Of a stretch of 64,000 nucleotides of DNA, positions 46,988-59,299 are shown piece after piece. The DNA is from Octopus vulgaris (lineage: Eukaryota). Positions within the stretch are counted from its first letter, which is position 1. Every line of letters begins with the position of its first letter. The notes below the pieces were generated by a model. The model was not told the origin of the DNA. It saw only the letters and a program-made list of their open reading frames with translations, and did no database searches. The position numbers and the translations under genes are program-made. Location of the stretch: contig OX597821.1 in NCBI GenBank assembly GCA_951406725.2, positions 99,200,001 to 99,264,000 on the forward strand. Reading direction: 5' to 3'.

Positions 46988-48640
46988 AAGGCAGTGAGCT
47001 AGCAGAATCATTAGCATGCCAGATGAAAGACTTAGTGACATTTCGTCCATCTTTACATTCTGAATTCAAATGCTGCCAAGGTCAACTTTACTTTTCATCA
47101 TTCAGGGTCCATAAAATAAGTACCAATCAAGTACTGGAATTGATATAATCGACTTTACTTTCCTCTCAAAAACTGCTGGTCCTGAAATTTGAAACTATTA
47201 TTATTATCATTATTAAGGCAAGGCAGAATGCTTAACTGTTTCATCTGCTGCTACATTTTGAGTTCACATTCCGCCGAGGCCGACTTTGCCTTTCATCGTT
47301 TTGGGGTCAATAAATTAAGTACCAGTTGTGTACTGGGGTCAGTGTGATCAACTGTCCCCCTCCCCACGAAATCCAAACCTTGTGTTTATAGTATAAAAGA
47401 TTATTATTATTAATAGGGTGGTGAGCAGGCAGAATCGTTAGCATGCCAAGCAAAATGCTAAGTGGCATTTCATCCATTTTTACCCTTCATTATTTCAGGG
47501 TCAATAAAATAAGTACCAGTTATGTACTGGGACTGGGGTCAATGAAGTCAACTTAACCTCTCCCTCAAAATTACTGGCCTTGTGCCAAAATTTGAAAACA
47601 TTATTATTATAGAGGTCAATGAAATAAGTAATCAAATACCCCCCCCACACCCACAAAATTTCAGGCCTTGTGCCTTTAGTAGAAAATATTATCATTGAGA
47701 GCACAGTGCATGCCATCAAAGTGACACTGGGGTAAAATATACAAAGCCCAGTATACCCATCATAACTACCCGTTTGATAAGGGTACACCAGGCACATGCA
47801 TCACAACCATATGTGCATGACATGGTGATTTCATATCAATAAAAACAGTGCATGACCTCGGAGGAGGGGCCCAGTTAGAACTTTCTTAAGGTAGCAAGCT
47901 GGACAAAATGCTTGGTGTCATTTTGCCCATATTTTCATTCTGACTCCAAATTCTGCTGAGGTCATCTTTGCCTTTCATCCTTTTGGAGTCGAGCACTGGG
48001 GTCAATGTAAATAATTAGACCCCCACCACACACACAAGTTTCAGACCTTGTACTTACTGTAGAAAATAATTACCTCCTCCTTAACGAAAGTGGAGGTATT
48101 GTTTTCAGTTGTGTTTGTTTTTGTCCGTGGACAAGATATCTCAAGAACCACTTGATGGATTTGGATGAAACTTTCAGGGATGTTTAGCCTCATGACTGGC
48201 ATGAACTGATTAAATTTTGAGATCAATCTGGTATTGGACAAGGATTCTGGATTATTTTTCCGTTTTTTTTTACTTAATTTTTGAGAGCAATCAGGTTCAG
48301 TTTTAGTATTTTCATTTGTCAGAAAAGTTGAGTTTATTTCAGATATTCTCATTTTAAAAATTATCTCCAGCTAATCGTTGAGAGGACATTGGTGTTGCCT
48401 TGGCAGAGATTTGCACTCTCTGAGTGCTCTTATTATTATTATTATTGTTTAGGTGGACAAGCTGGCAAAATACTTAACTGCATTTCTTTCAGCATTTAAC
48501 ACATTTTGAATTCAGATACCACCAAAGTTATTTTGCCTTTCATCCTTTCAGAGTTGAAAAAATAAAATATCAATCAAGTACTAGAGTCAATATAATCAGC
48601 TAATTCCTTCCCATTAAAATTGCTGGCCTTGTGCCATTCT
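46988..48640 (+). repeat. Tandem pile-up of at least five diverged family A SINEs separated by (ATT)n tails
   Basis: Repeated GAGCT(A/G)GCAGAATC heads and CTTTGCCTTTCATCC cores. Other elements are nested within. Confidence 0.7.
48068..48432 (+). mobile_element. Helentron-associated non-autonomous element (HINE/DINE-1-like)
   Basis: TTACCTCCTCC...GGAGGTATTGTTTT 5' subterminal IR, ATTTGGATGAAACTT core, and CCTTGGCAGAGATTTGCACTCTCTGAGTGC 3' IR plus stem-loop. Confidence 0.65.
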
Positions 48641-50042
48641 TTTATTTTATTTCTTAATCCCTTTTACATTCCTATTCTTATCCTTCCTCTCTTTCATCAT
48701 CTTTCCCTTTCCCCTTCTTTGTCATCTTCTCCTCTTTGACATAATTATCGTTCCCTGGGTCAAGCAAAGACCAAGACAAGGACAACTGGAATGTTGGTGG
48801 ATGTGGTGTTTTATAAAGTGGCAAGCAAAAGTGACAACAATCTCAGGAAGATTGCTGGAAATCAACCAGCTGGTTTGTTTTGAATGATTTTGGGCCATGA
48901 CCCATGGACAATTTCCAGAAATCTCTAGTCTAGCAAAGCTACACGGGAGCATTGTCAGTTTGAGTTTAACTCAACACGAACAAAAAATGCATTAAATACT
49001 ACAAAATGTGCACATGGGACAGACACAGAAGGACCCTAATTCTTCATCAGGCCTGCTTGAGGTGTGCACAGAACAATGAAACTATTCTACATTCAGGATT
49101 GATAAATAGTACTTGAGCATTGCTAATTTGTAGAGATATGTCAAACACCTGCTGGTACATGTAGGACAGATCCTGCTATCAGCTTAGTTCTTTAAGATTA
49201 TCCTACCACCTTGACTTTCTATGGGAAGATAGGATGTCTTTAGTGAAAGAGGTTGTGTTGTGGAACAGAGAGAAAGGGGAGAAGATAGCTCCTTTTCTCT
49301 TTGGCCAAGCCCTCGTCAAGTTTTTCGAGTTTGGTAATTGTGTGTCTTGCTCAGGACTGCATATCTTCTATAGAGTAATTAATAATATTAATAATTATAA
49401 GGAGAATGGAGATTTTTCACATCCATAAATTATATATACACACACACAAAATTTACATGCATTAGATTTATGTGTGTGTGTATATTAATATATAACAAAT
49501 ATATACGCAATGAAGCAAAACAAATACAGAAAAGAGTAAAGTAGAATGGCATAAGATTTATTAAGAGCTGAAATCTCAGAGTAGCTACTCAGACTTTCCA
49601 ATTAATTACATCACGTCAGATAATAACTCTGGTGGAATTTTATGAAAGATGACACTTATCAGTGGTGGCTCAACAAATACCAGCCACAATATACAAAATA
49701 AGTTCTTTAATGATGAAAATTTAGTTAATGAACTGAAAGGACCCCATTTTTTCTTCATTCAATTGTTGATGACAAATATATAGATACAGCTCACACAACC
49801 GACTTATTTCCTGCACCTTGGCTCCACAAAATACTTGGCTGATTTGCTACAAAAAAACTTTACACTTTCACAGAAGAAAGCAGAAATACCTACTCAAATT
49901 TCCAATCCTCTTAACTGCAGAAAGCAGTTTTATATTGCAATCTATCTTTTGTTGAGGAATGTCATAAGTGGAATGAGTTTCTGTTGAAATATATCAAGTC
50001 TACTGATGCAATGTAATTTTCAGAAAATAACAATTCTACTTT

Positions 50043-50375
50043 TTGACTGCCTTCCGTGCCGATGGCACGTAAAAAGCACCATCCGAATATGGCCGATGCC
50101 AGAGCCGCCTTGACTGGCTTCCGTGCCGGTGGCATGTAAAAAGCACCAATCTGATTGTGGCCATTGCCAACCTCGCCTGGCACCTGTGCCGGTGGCATGT
50201 AAAAAGCACCCACTACACTCATGGAGTGGTTGGCGTTAGGAAGAGCATCCAGCTGTAGAAACACTGCCAGATCAGACTGAAGCCTGGTGCAGCCTCCTGG
50301 CTTCCCAGATCCCCGGTCGCACCGTCCAACCCATGCTAGCATGGAGAACGGACGTTAAACGATGATGATGATGAT
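50043..50375 (+). mobile_element. Family R 3' fragment ~100 bp downstream of the ZNF5 stop codon
   Basis: Three unit motifs, core and (GAT)n tail; antisense to ZNF5. Confidence 0.85.
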
Positions 50376-50478
50376 TCATATATATACATCATCATTTCTG
50401 TAATAATCATAAAATTCAATTTCACAGTTAAAATATTAATATGATAATGTTCTAAATCAAATACAGAGGTGTAGATTT

Positions 50479-52572
50479 TCACCTGTGTATACGTTTGTGG
50501 ACAGACAAAGTACTTTGTTGAGAGAATGCCTTACCACAAATATCACAGCGATATGGTTTGTCACCAGTATGGATACGTTTATGGTTCAATAAATGGCTAT
50601 TTTGAGAGAATGACTTACCACAGATGTCACAGTGATATGGTTTCTCTCCTGTGTGAATACGTTTGTGTGTGTTTAAATCAGAATTAGAAGTGAACGTTTT
50701 TTCACACGAATCACAATGATACGGTTTATCTCCTGTGTGAAGACGTTTATGCCTTGATAAATTACAAGATCGCGAGAATGATCTACCACATATATCACAG
50801 TCATACGGTTTCTCTCCTGTGTGAATTGTTTGGTGGGTAGATAATGAAACACTAGCAGTGAATGTTTTTCCACAGATATCACAATGATATGGCTTTTCTC
50901 CAGTATGAACACGTTTATGAGATATTACAGAACTACTTTCAGAGAATGTTTTACCACAAATATTACAATGGAATGGTTTTTCACCTGTGTGAATACGTTT
51001 ATGTTTGGTTAAAGATCCACTTATAGTGAATGATTTACCACAGATATCACAGTGGTATGGTTTCTCTCCTGTGTGAATACGTTTATGGGCCAATAAAATT
51101 GAACTATTAGAGAACATTCTACCACAGGTGCTGCAATGGTAAGGTTTTTCTCCTGTGTGAACACGTTTGTGTTTAGTTAAATGACCACTTATAGTAAATG
51201 ATTTACCACAAACATCACAATGATATGGTTTCTCACCTGTGTGAATGCGATTATGTGTCAATAAATCCCTATTTCGAGAGAATGCTTTACCACAAATATC
51301 ACAACGGCATGTTTTTACCTTTGAATGAATGCGTTTGTGATTAGATAAATAATCTTTGGTAGAGAAATTTTTACCACATATATCACAGTGATATGGTTTT
51401 TCTCCTGAGTGAAGAAGTTTATGAGGCTTTAAATTACCTCTTTGGGAGAATGCTTTACCACAAATATCACAGTGATATCGTTTTTCCCCTGTGTGTATAT
51501 ATTTGTGGTTAGATAAATGCTCATTTGTGGAGAACTTTTTACCACAAATATCACAGTGGTATGGTTTTTCTCCTGTATGAATACGTTTATGGGTTGTTAA
51601 ATTTGAAGTTTGTGAGAATGACTTACCACAAATATCACACTGATATGGTTTCTCACCTGTGTGAATACGTTTGTGTTTAGTTAAGTGACAATTCATATTG
51701 AATCCTTTACCACAAACGTCACATTTGTAAAGCCTCTTGCCAGTGTGAGAAAGTTTGTGTGTTGATACCAGAGTACTGCCAGTGAACGTTTTACCACAGA
51801 TATCACACCGATATGGTTTTTCTCCAGTGTGATTACGTCTGTGTATAGTTAAAGAACATTTAACAGAGAAAGTTTTACCACAGATATCACAATGATATGG
51901 TTTCTCTCCTGTGTGAACACGTTTATGTATCAATAAATGGTTTTCTTGGTAGAACGCTTTACCACAAATATCACATTGGTATGGCTTGTTGCCTGAGTGA
52001 ATAATTTTATGTCTTGTTGCCAAACCTCTAGCAGAAAATGTTTTGCCACAGATATCACAGTGGTATGGTTTTTCTCCTGTGTGAATACGTTGGTGTACAG
52101 TTAAAGAAAATTTAACAGTGAAAGTTTTATCACAGATATCACAGTTGAATGGTTTCTCTCCTGTGTGACTACGTTTGTGTTTAGATAAACTACTATTTAC
52201 AGTATACGATTTACCACAAATATTACATTGGTAAGGCTTCCCACTTGTGTGAATAAGTCTGTGTCTTCTTGCTAATCTAATAGCAGAGTATGTTTTACCA
52301 CAAATATCACACTGGTATGGATTTTCTTTTGTGTGAATATGTTTATGGTTAATTAAATTTTCATTTGTAGAGAACTTTTCACCACAAATTTTACAATTAT
52401 AGAGCTCTGAATCTGTATGAATAGACTGATGTTGAATTAAACAGTTTTGTATTTTAAAAGACTCCCCACAAATGTCACACATGAATGATGTTTTCTCTGT
52501 TTGATGAGAAACATCATTATAATCAAGTTGTATTTCATTATGGATCTGACTTTTATTTAGTTCCTCCTCCAT
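50479..52572 (-). CDS. ZNF5: poly-C2H2 zinc-finger protein, 697 aa, 24 fingers
   Basis: 24 C2H2 repeats after a leader homologous to ZNF3/4/6. Confidence 0.95.
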   Translation of the reverse strand: MEEELNKSQIHNEIQLDYNDVSHQTEKTSFMCDICGESFKIQNCLIQHQSIHTDSELYNCKICGEKFSTNENLINHKHIHTKENPYQCDICGKTYSAIRLARRHRLIHTSGKPYQCNICGKSYTVNSSLSKHKRSHTGEKPFNCDICDKTFTVKFSLTVHQRIHTGEKPYHCDICGKTFSARGLATRHKIIHSGNKPYQCDICGKAFYQENHLLIHKRVHTGEKPYHCDICGKTFSVKCSLTIHRRNHTGEKPYRCDICGKTFTGSTLVSTHKLSHTGKRLYKCDVCGKGFNMNCHLTKHKRIHTGEKPYQCDICGKSFSQTSNLTTHKRIHTGEKPYHCDICGKKFSTNEHLSNHKYIHTGEKRYHCDICGKAFSQRGNLKPHKLLHSGEKPYHCDICGKNFSTKDYLSNHKRIHSKVKTCRCDICGKAFSRNRDLLTHNRIHTGEKPYHCDVCGKSFTISGHLTKHKRVHTGEKPYHCSTCGRMFSNSSILLAHKRIHTGEKPYHCDICGKSFTISGSLTKHKRIHTGEKPFHCNICGKTFSESSSVISHKRVHTGEKPYHCDICGKTFTASVSLSTHQTIHTGEKPYDCDICGRSFSRSCNLSRHKRLHTGDKPYHCDSCEKTFTSNSDLNTHKRIHTGEKPYHCDICGKSFSQNSHLLNHKRIHTGDKPYRCDICGKAFSQQSTLSVHKRIHR

Positions 52573-52754
52573 AACATCAAATTTTCTTCACAAAATTGAA
52601 AAATACTTTTCTTCTCTAATTTTCAAGATAAATATTTCTTTAGGTATTTTCAAGAGTACAGTTTCTTCAAATATCACCTTCGTGAAACAAGATTCCCTAT
52701 ATCGCTGGTAATGTCATTTCTTTAGTCTTCAAAATCTTGATATTATCAAATACC

Positions 52755-52778
52755 CTGAAATATATATAGAGAATATGA
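52755..52778 (-). other. Splice acceptor of the ZNF5 coding exon
   Basis: Minus strand TTCTCTATATATATTTCAG|GGTATTTG. Confidence 0.75.
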
Positions 52779-52864
52779 TATAAGCAACATTACAATACTG
52801 ACACTTTAGGGAAGAAATTTCTAACCATAGACTTTGAGAACAAATGTTAAGACAGACATAGGAT

Positions 52865-53100
52865 TATACTCTTTACTCTGTTACTTGTCATTTGACTGTG
52901 GCCATGCTGGAGCACTGCCTTTCAGTCGGTGGGGGTACAAACACAAACATACATACTCGACGGACTTCCATACAGTTTTCATCTGCCAAATTCACTCACA
53001 GCCCGGGGTTATAGAAGACACTTACCCAAGATGTCGCACAGAGGGCCTGAACGTGAAACTACGCGGTTGAAGAGCCAGCATCTTTACCACACAGCCATGC
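52865..53100 (-). mobile_element. Internally deleted SINE family B copy
   Basis: Tail and head segments match the reverse complement of family B. Confidence 0.7.
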
Positions 53101-53544
53101 TTACATAGTGGGTATTGGAAAAATTCAATGTCTCACACTAATTAAGATAACGCCAGGCATACCCTACAGGAATGATACAGTGAGATAAACACAAAAAGAT
53201 TAGGCTTATAAGAAAATCTAACATTATAAACATCATTTGAAATGCCTACACTGTTTACTTACCTGAGGTTTTTGAATTGCAACTGTCACAAGTTTGCTTT
53301 GTGGTAAATCTAAAACCTCACGTCCTGATTTGATCTTTCACGAAATGATCGATTGTTCTTTAACGCCTGGTACAAACAAACACAATTTCAAATCAATCTT
53401 CTCATTGCATCTACTACCTTTGGATAATGATTCTCGTTTCCCTGTCTTCATATAGTCTAAACTTATTCTGTTTCCACGTCTTTAAACAAGTAGCTCGGTT
53501 TACTTAACAAGTACGTTACAGTTCAAATCCACGATAATTACGAT

Positions 53545-53762
53545 GAAATATACAGGGGGAATCACTCTTGTCGTCTTAATGTTTGACTTCCTGTAATTTA
53601 AAAATGGCGGGACTTTTGTTTTGTTTATGTTATCATAGTCCCCAAGTACAGTGAACTATAAAGTTTTCGTTGCTATATCTTCTATCTTTCAAGATACATT
53701 ATTCTTGGCTAAGTTTAAGTAAAATGTGCTACCTTCGAATCGGTATTCTCACCTAGAAATAA
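53545..53762. promoter_or_regulatory. Paralog-conserved non-coding block B, ZNF5 copy (candidate ZNF5 promoter)
   Basis: GACTTCCTGT (53585-53594) and YY1-like AAAATGGCGG (53601-53610). A consensus minus-strand donor CAG|GTAAGT lies at 53262-53261. Confidence 0.55.
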
Positions 53763-53769
53763 TATATCT

Positions 53770-54040
53770 TTTATTTTCTACTTGTTTTAGTCATTGGACC
53801 ACCTTTAAATCGACAACAGTATTTTAAGGGTACTTATTCTGTCAGATTCTTTTTGCTGAACAGCTAAGTTACGGGTACGTAAACACACCAACACCTGTCA
53901 AGCGATGGTGGGAGATAAACACAAAAACAATGGTAGATACATAGATATAATGGTCATATACAACCATCATCCTGAAGTTTCCGCTTACCAAATCCACTCA
54001 CAAACGTTCCGTCGGCCAGCAACTATAGCGGAAGATACTT
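53770..54040 (-). mobile_element. Diverged SINE family B copy truncating block B
   Basis: GCTAAGTTACGGG and CCAAATCCACTCACAA segments. Confidence 0.65.
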
Positions 54041-54225
54041 ACATATTTCAATCGTTTCAAAAAGATGATTTAGTCATGTTGGCATAAAAGGGAAAAAGAA
54101 TTGAAATAATCATGAAACATTAATTTGATTTAAAATATACTATCCTTTATTCCATTTTATTTCAGCGTGACTAAATTTATCTTTTTATATATATATATCA
54201 GTCATAGAAACCAAAAGCTGGTAAT

Positions 54226-54877
54226 TGTTCAGTTTGGTTAGATTAAAGAAAGTGCATAAAATTTAAGGGGGAGATAAGTAGAAAGCAAAGTGAAGGGACG
54301 AATCAGTCTGAAAGGAATCGTCGACTAATTAGGAAAAGCTGAAGACAACATTCTTCAGTGGTTGGCACGGCGTTGACTAATTATCAATATGTACACCTGT
54401 GAAAATTGTAATTCACCATGTGACCTTACTACACCAGGTGATGTTGCTGATGTAAAATTATGGCACTGCAAGCGTTGTAAAAGGAGCAAATCTGTTCATT
54501 ACCATTCCTTTTTTGACAGAAGTCATATTTTGCCAGTGTTTATCTTTATAAATAAAAGTGAAGTTGTGTGAGTGTCTGTCTCCTACGATTTAGATTCCTA
54601 ACTACTCCCACATTTTGCGGTGCAGTATCTTATAGTCGTGATTTATATCGAGCCCTTCTGGGTATTAGCGCGCGTCTACAATCATTTTTTCTCATTTTTA
54701 ATGCATTTTTTGCTACTATATAAGGGAAGTAACTCTCTTAAAATGCTTTTATAGTTATTTCCCTTACAAACTCGAGCAACGCCGGGCGATACTGCTAGTG
54801 TTGTATAAAAAAGTGTAAAAAGTTGACTTATCTCTCCCTTAATTTTTATTTACTTTTTAATCTGATCAAACTGAACC
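54226..54877 (+). mobile_element. Internally deleted DNA transposon with a Merlin/IS1595-like transposase N-terminal zinc-ribbon remnant
   Basis: ~55-bp imperfect TIRs (GTTCAGTTTGGTTAGATTAAA.../...TTTAATCTGATCAAACTGAACC). Translation ILQWLARR*LIINMYTCENC...WHCKRCKRSKSVHYHSFFDRSH. Confidence 0.7.
54543..54798 (+). mobile_element. Non-autonomous Helitron (shorter relative of 44437-44946) nested in the Merlin-like element
   Basis: A|TCTTTATAAATAAAAG ... CTCGAGCAACGCCGGG ... CTAG|T. Confidence 0.85.
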
Positions 54878-55219
54878 CCACAAGCTTATTTTGATAAAAA
54901 TGCAAATATTTTCTTTTATCCATGATAAAGTTCTTGAAATATTTTCTTCCTGCATAAAACCTCTTAACCCTTTATATATCTATCTATATATATATATATA
55001 ACTTTCTAGTTTGATCGTAGGTGATCTACTTCTAGCATACGGCTGACCACCTAGTGGTTTTTGCCCTTTAAATATACACATTAGAATTTTCTCTGATTTT
55101 TCAGATTTTTGTATGCTAAGCTACTGGTTTTAAATTGATATTAATTAAATTAATATTAAATTTATCTCCCTCATTATTTAAATGTTATATATATATATGT
55201 GTGTGTGTTTGTGTAACGA

Positions 55220-55560
55220 TGGTGAGCTGGCAGAATTGTTAGCACCCCCGGCAAAATGCTTAGCGATATTTCGTTTGTCTTTACGTTCTGAATTCAAATT
55301 CCGCCGAGGCTGACTTTGCCTTTCATCCTTTCGGGATCAATAAATTAAGTACTAGCTGCATACTGGGGTCGATCTAATCGACTGGCTCTCTCCCTCAAAA
55401 TTTCAGGCCTTGTGTCTAGAGTAGAAAAGTATTAGCACGCCAGGCAAAATGCTTAGAGGCATTTTGTCTGTCTTTAGGTTCTCAGTTCAAATTCTGCCGA
55501 AGTCAACTTTGTCTTTGAACCCCGTTTGGGGTCGATAAAAGGAGTACCAGTTGAGAACTG
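55220..55560 (+). mobile_element. Two tandem family A SINE copies
   Basis: GGTGAGCTGGCAGAATTGTTAGCAC head; second truncated copy from ~55431. Confidence 0.8.
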
Positions 55561-55569
55561 TTGGCCCTG

Positions 55570-55611
<42 letters not shown>

Positions 55612-55627
55612 CACACACACACACACC

Positions 55628-55966
55628 CATGCCAGCGCTGCCCCGGCTCGCTTCTGTGCCGGTGGCACATAAAAAGCACCATCCAAACGTGGCCGTTGCC
55701 AGCGCCGCCTTGGCTGGCTTCCGTGCCGGTGGTACGTTAAAAGCTCCAACCGATTGTGGCTGATGCCGGACCCCCCTGGCACCTGTGCAGGTGGCACGTA
55801 AAAAGCACCCACTACACTCACGGAGTGGTTGGCGTTAGGAAGGGCATCCAGCTGTAGAAACTCTGCCAGATCAGACTGGAGCCTGGTGCAGCCCCTGGCT
55901 TCCCAGACTCCGGTCGAACCGTCCAAGCCGTGCTAGCATGGAAAACGGACGTTAAACGATGATGAT
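55628..55966 (+). mobile_element. Family R 3' fragment
   Basis: Three unit motifs, core and (GAT)n tail. Confidence 0.8.
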
Positions 55967-57700
55967 AGGGATAAATATCCAGACAGGTACTGTGCTAGCA
56001 CTGTTGTAATCTGGGTTATGGCTAACTGCATCAAGGGGCACCTAGGATTACTCAAAGTAAGCAATCCCACTTTATTTCACCCGAGTGGTAAATCCTTGGT
56101 TTGCTTCACTGGATTTTAAATATTTTTTACTGAGAGTACATCCAAGATAATTATACGGCAATTAGTACACCTGCATATTATTTTTTATTTCTACAATCAA
56201 TTATACAGCATGTTTGGTTTAAATTTGTCCAATGCACATTTCTGCTCCATAGACGACTACCAATTGTATCCAGTTACTTTTGACTGGTTATTAGTCTAGC
56301 AACTTTATTCAAGGTCTGTCCACTGTCATGGTTTGAAGTGAATTAAGTGTATGTAGGACTAGCTTGCATTATTTTGTTGGCTTACTAATAGTTTTTGAGT
56401 GCCAAGAATATGAAAGGAAGAATTGGAAACCTGATATCACTATAAACACTGCTATGAGGTTAACCGTATGCAGATCCTTGGTTTGAAGTTTGAATTCAGA
56501 ATACTAGACCTTTAATTAGGTCCAAATATATATTTAAAAACCCTAGCCTTAAGTGGATTATGAATAAGTGATCTTCAGACATTGTGTACAATTATTGGTA
56601 ACTAAATGAGATATAATTAAATGTATGAGGTGTGAAGAACTTGCTTGTGTCACCAATTCAACATGCTTTCTTTGTATAGACCAAGTTTTAAATTACATGC
56701 AGTTTCATCATCGTATATGTGTTGCAGGAACTTTTAAAGATATGTAATTTTACTTATGGAGAATACTGAATACTACTTGATATAGGCAAGCCAGATATTA
56801 CATTAACATTTACCATGTAAACTCAGACACCTCATGGAAGAGATCTGTAATTAAGTAAGCACCACATCACATATCTTTTTTATAGATGTTGTTAGATAGA
56901 AATCATCTCTTTCGAAAAGGAGTGGCAGCACCTTTGTTCATAGCCTACCAACCAGAGTGCAATTTAATTACATGTCTCTTATATAGGGTCTGTACAAATC
57001 ATGAGGAACCCATGCAGTCTTGAGCAAAAGGCCACACAGGTTTGGAGGGCAAATAGCAGAGAGAATTTAGCTGGGTTTATGTGGCTCAAATGTTTGGCAA
57101 AGAATATTTTTCAACTCCTGGATGCAGGTTGCAAAGGTTATTTATCCCTTATCCTATTAAGTATATTTATTTTGTTAAATAATGCAAATTTTATAAGTTA
57201 GATTTCTTGCTCTTCCTCCTCTCCAAAAAACTTCCAAGATGTATTGTCCATAATTCTTTGCATTAATTTTTGTGATTCTGTGATATACTGCCACAATGCC
57301 TTCTGGTTGTATTGCCATAATTCTGCTAAACTTGCCAATGGTAGTCTGCCACAATGCCTTCTTGACTTGCAAAATTGCCTGTGACATTCTACAAAGCTTT
57401 TGAGATCCTACTGCATTTACAATAAATGTTCTGAAAACACAATCTCTTTCATTTAGCTGAGACACAGAAATGACTGTAGCATCAATAGCCTTCATACACA
57501 TAGTGCATGTATGCACACTATGTATAAGTGCAGAAGAACAGTTCCTTAGGAGGCAACAGTTTCTCTTGCCTTCTGACCAAATCCTTATTACTCACCACTG
57601 CTGCAGCAACAACCAGAAGTTACAGGCATACAATTATAGACCAGAATGTAAAGAGCACAAAATATCTAGATTGTTATGCAGCCTTCTATTAGATTCATTG

Positions 57701-58064
57701 TGGAGGCGCAATGGCCCAGTGGTTAGGGCAGCGGACTCGCGGTTTCGATTCCCAGACCAGGCGTGAGTGTTTATTGAGCGAAAACACCTAAAGCTCGACG
57801 AGGCTCTTGCAGAGGATGGTGGTGATCCCTGCTGTACTCTTTCACCACAACTTTCTCTCTCTTACTTCCTGTTTCTGTTGTACCTGTATTTCAAAGGGCC
57901 GGCCTTGTCACTCTCTGTATCACGCTGAATATCCCCGAGAACTACGTTAAGGGTACACGTGTCTGTGGAGTGCTCAGCCACTTACACGTTAATTTCATGA
58001 GCAGGCTGTTCCGTTGATTGGATCAACCGGAACCCTCGTCGTCATAATCGACTGAGTGCTCTTC
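57701..58064 (+). mobile_element. tRNA-derived SINE (fourth family) with 13-bp TSD
   Basis: A box TGGCCCAGTGG, B box GGTTTCGATTCC; TSD ATTAGATTCATTG at 57688-57700 and 58065-58077. Confidence 0.9.
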
Positions 58065-59299
58065 ATTAGATTCATTGCTGTATGTCAAAGTGTGCAATAT
58101 AGTTCTCTCAGCTAGGCTGAGGTAATGGTATAACTGCAACAATAGATTTATGGGTCATAGTTTCCCTGTGTGCTATACAATTGCTGGGGTAGAGCTGACC
58201 TGAAGTTTCAATAACATCATTTAACAGCCATTTTCCATGTTGGTATGGGTTGGACAATTCAACAGGAACTGGCAAGGCCAGGGGCTGCACCAGGTTCCAT
58301 AGTCTGTTTTGGTCTGGATGCCCTACCTAACACCAACCACTTTACACTGGCTGCCTTTTACAAGGCACTGGCACCCTTACCAATGCTTTTTCTAGGATCT
58401 CAATTCTGTTGTGAGAACAACAATGTACCACATATCTCAATCCTCCAACATCTCTTTTGTAGAGTTCAGCCTTCAATACTTTGTCCCATATCATCCTTGG
58501 CCTCCATCTTTCACAACTTCCCTCCAATTCACATGACTGAGCCAGCATAGTCTCCTCTCATGCCCAACTTCTTTCTCAATACATCAGTGCTGTGTGAAGC
58601 ACGCACACTGACATCACACATCCAGCATAGCAAACAGCTTAATAAAGTCGAGTGTGGTTACAATTATAGCTGCATATTTTATTATTTTCATTTTACAACA
58701 AAGGAAAATATTCAAAACAATTTCAATATTACACAACACTGACATAAAATCCGAGTGTAAATATATTTACCAAAGATATTGCATAAATTTTATTAATGAA
58801 GTTTCTCCTCTTCCTAGGGATGAAAGAAGTAGCAAGTGTGGGTGCTGTGGGATGGGTATACAATGTGAGTAACAAAAGGAGGGATGTTAGCATTCCAGGC
58901 AAAATGCTTAGAAGTATTTTGTCTGTCTTTACGTTCCCAGTTCAAATTCTGCCAAAGTCAGCTTTGTCTTTGAACCCCATTTGGTGTTGATAAAATAAGT
59001 ACCAGTTGAGAACTGTTGGCCCTGTATGTATAAAGGTAGAATGAGGTATTTTTATCTATGGGCTGAAACAGCTGTAAGTTATTTTCCCAATTTATATTTG
59101 TGTTTTATTTATATAATAGTTACTGGTATCCTTATATATTACTATATTTTATATCTTATATGTAAAGAATAATATGTTATATGTATGTATATTATTGTAA
59201 TTATCAGTTTAGTAAATAAATAAGTTAACATAATATAATGTCTAAAAGTTGATGAACCACCTATTGTTCTCCTCCATTTTCTTATTGCTATATATATAT

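Noticed and set aside
56080-57680. Possible decayed coding sequence (ORF 57175-57516)
   Set aside because: Somewhat coding-like composition but no motif I can recognise; needs BLASTx.
57701-57765. tRNA gene
   Set aside because: Only A/B boxes with a deleted anticodon region, followed by a SINE body and flanked by a TSD. The 9099 and 45840 heads are likewise SINE heads.
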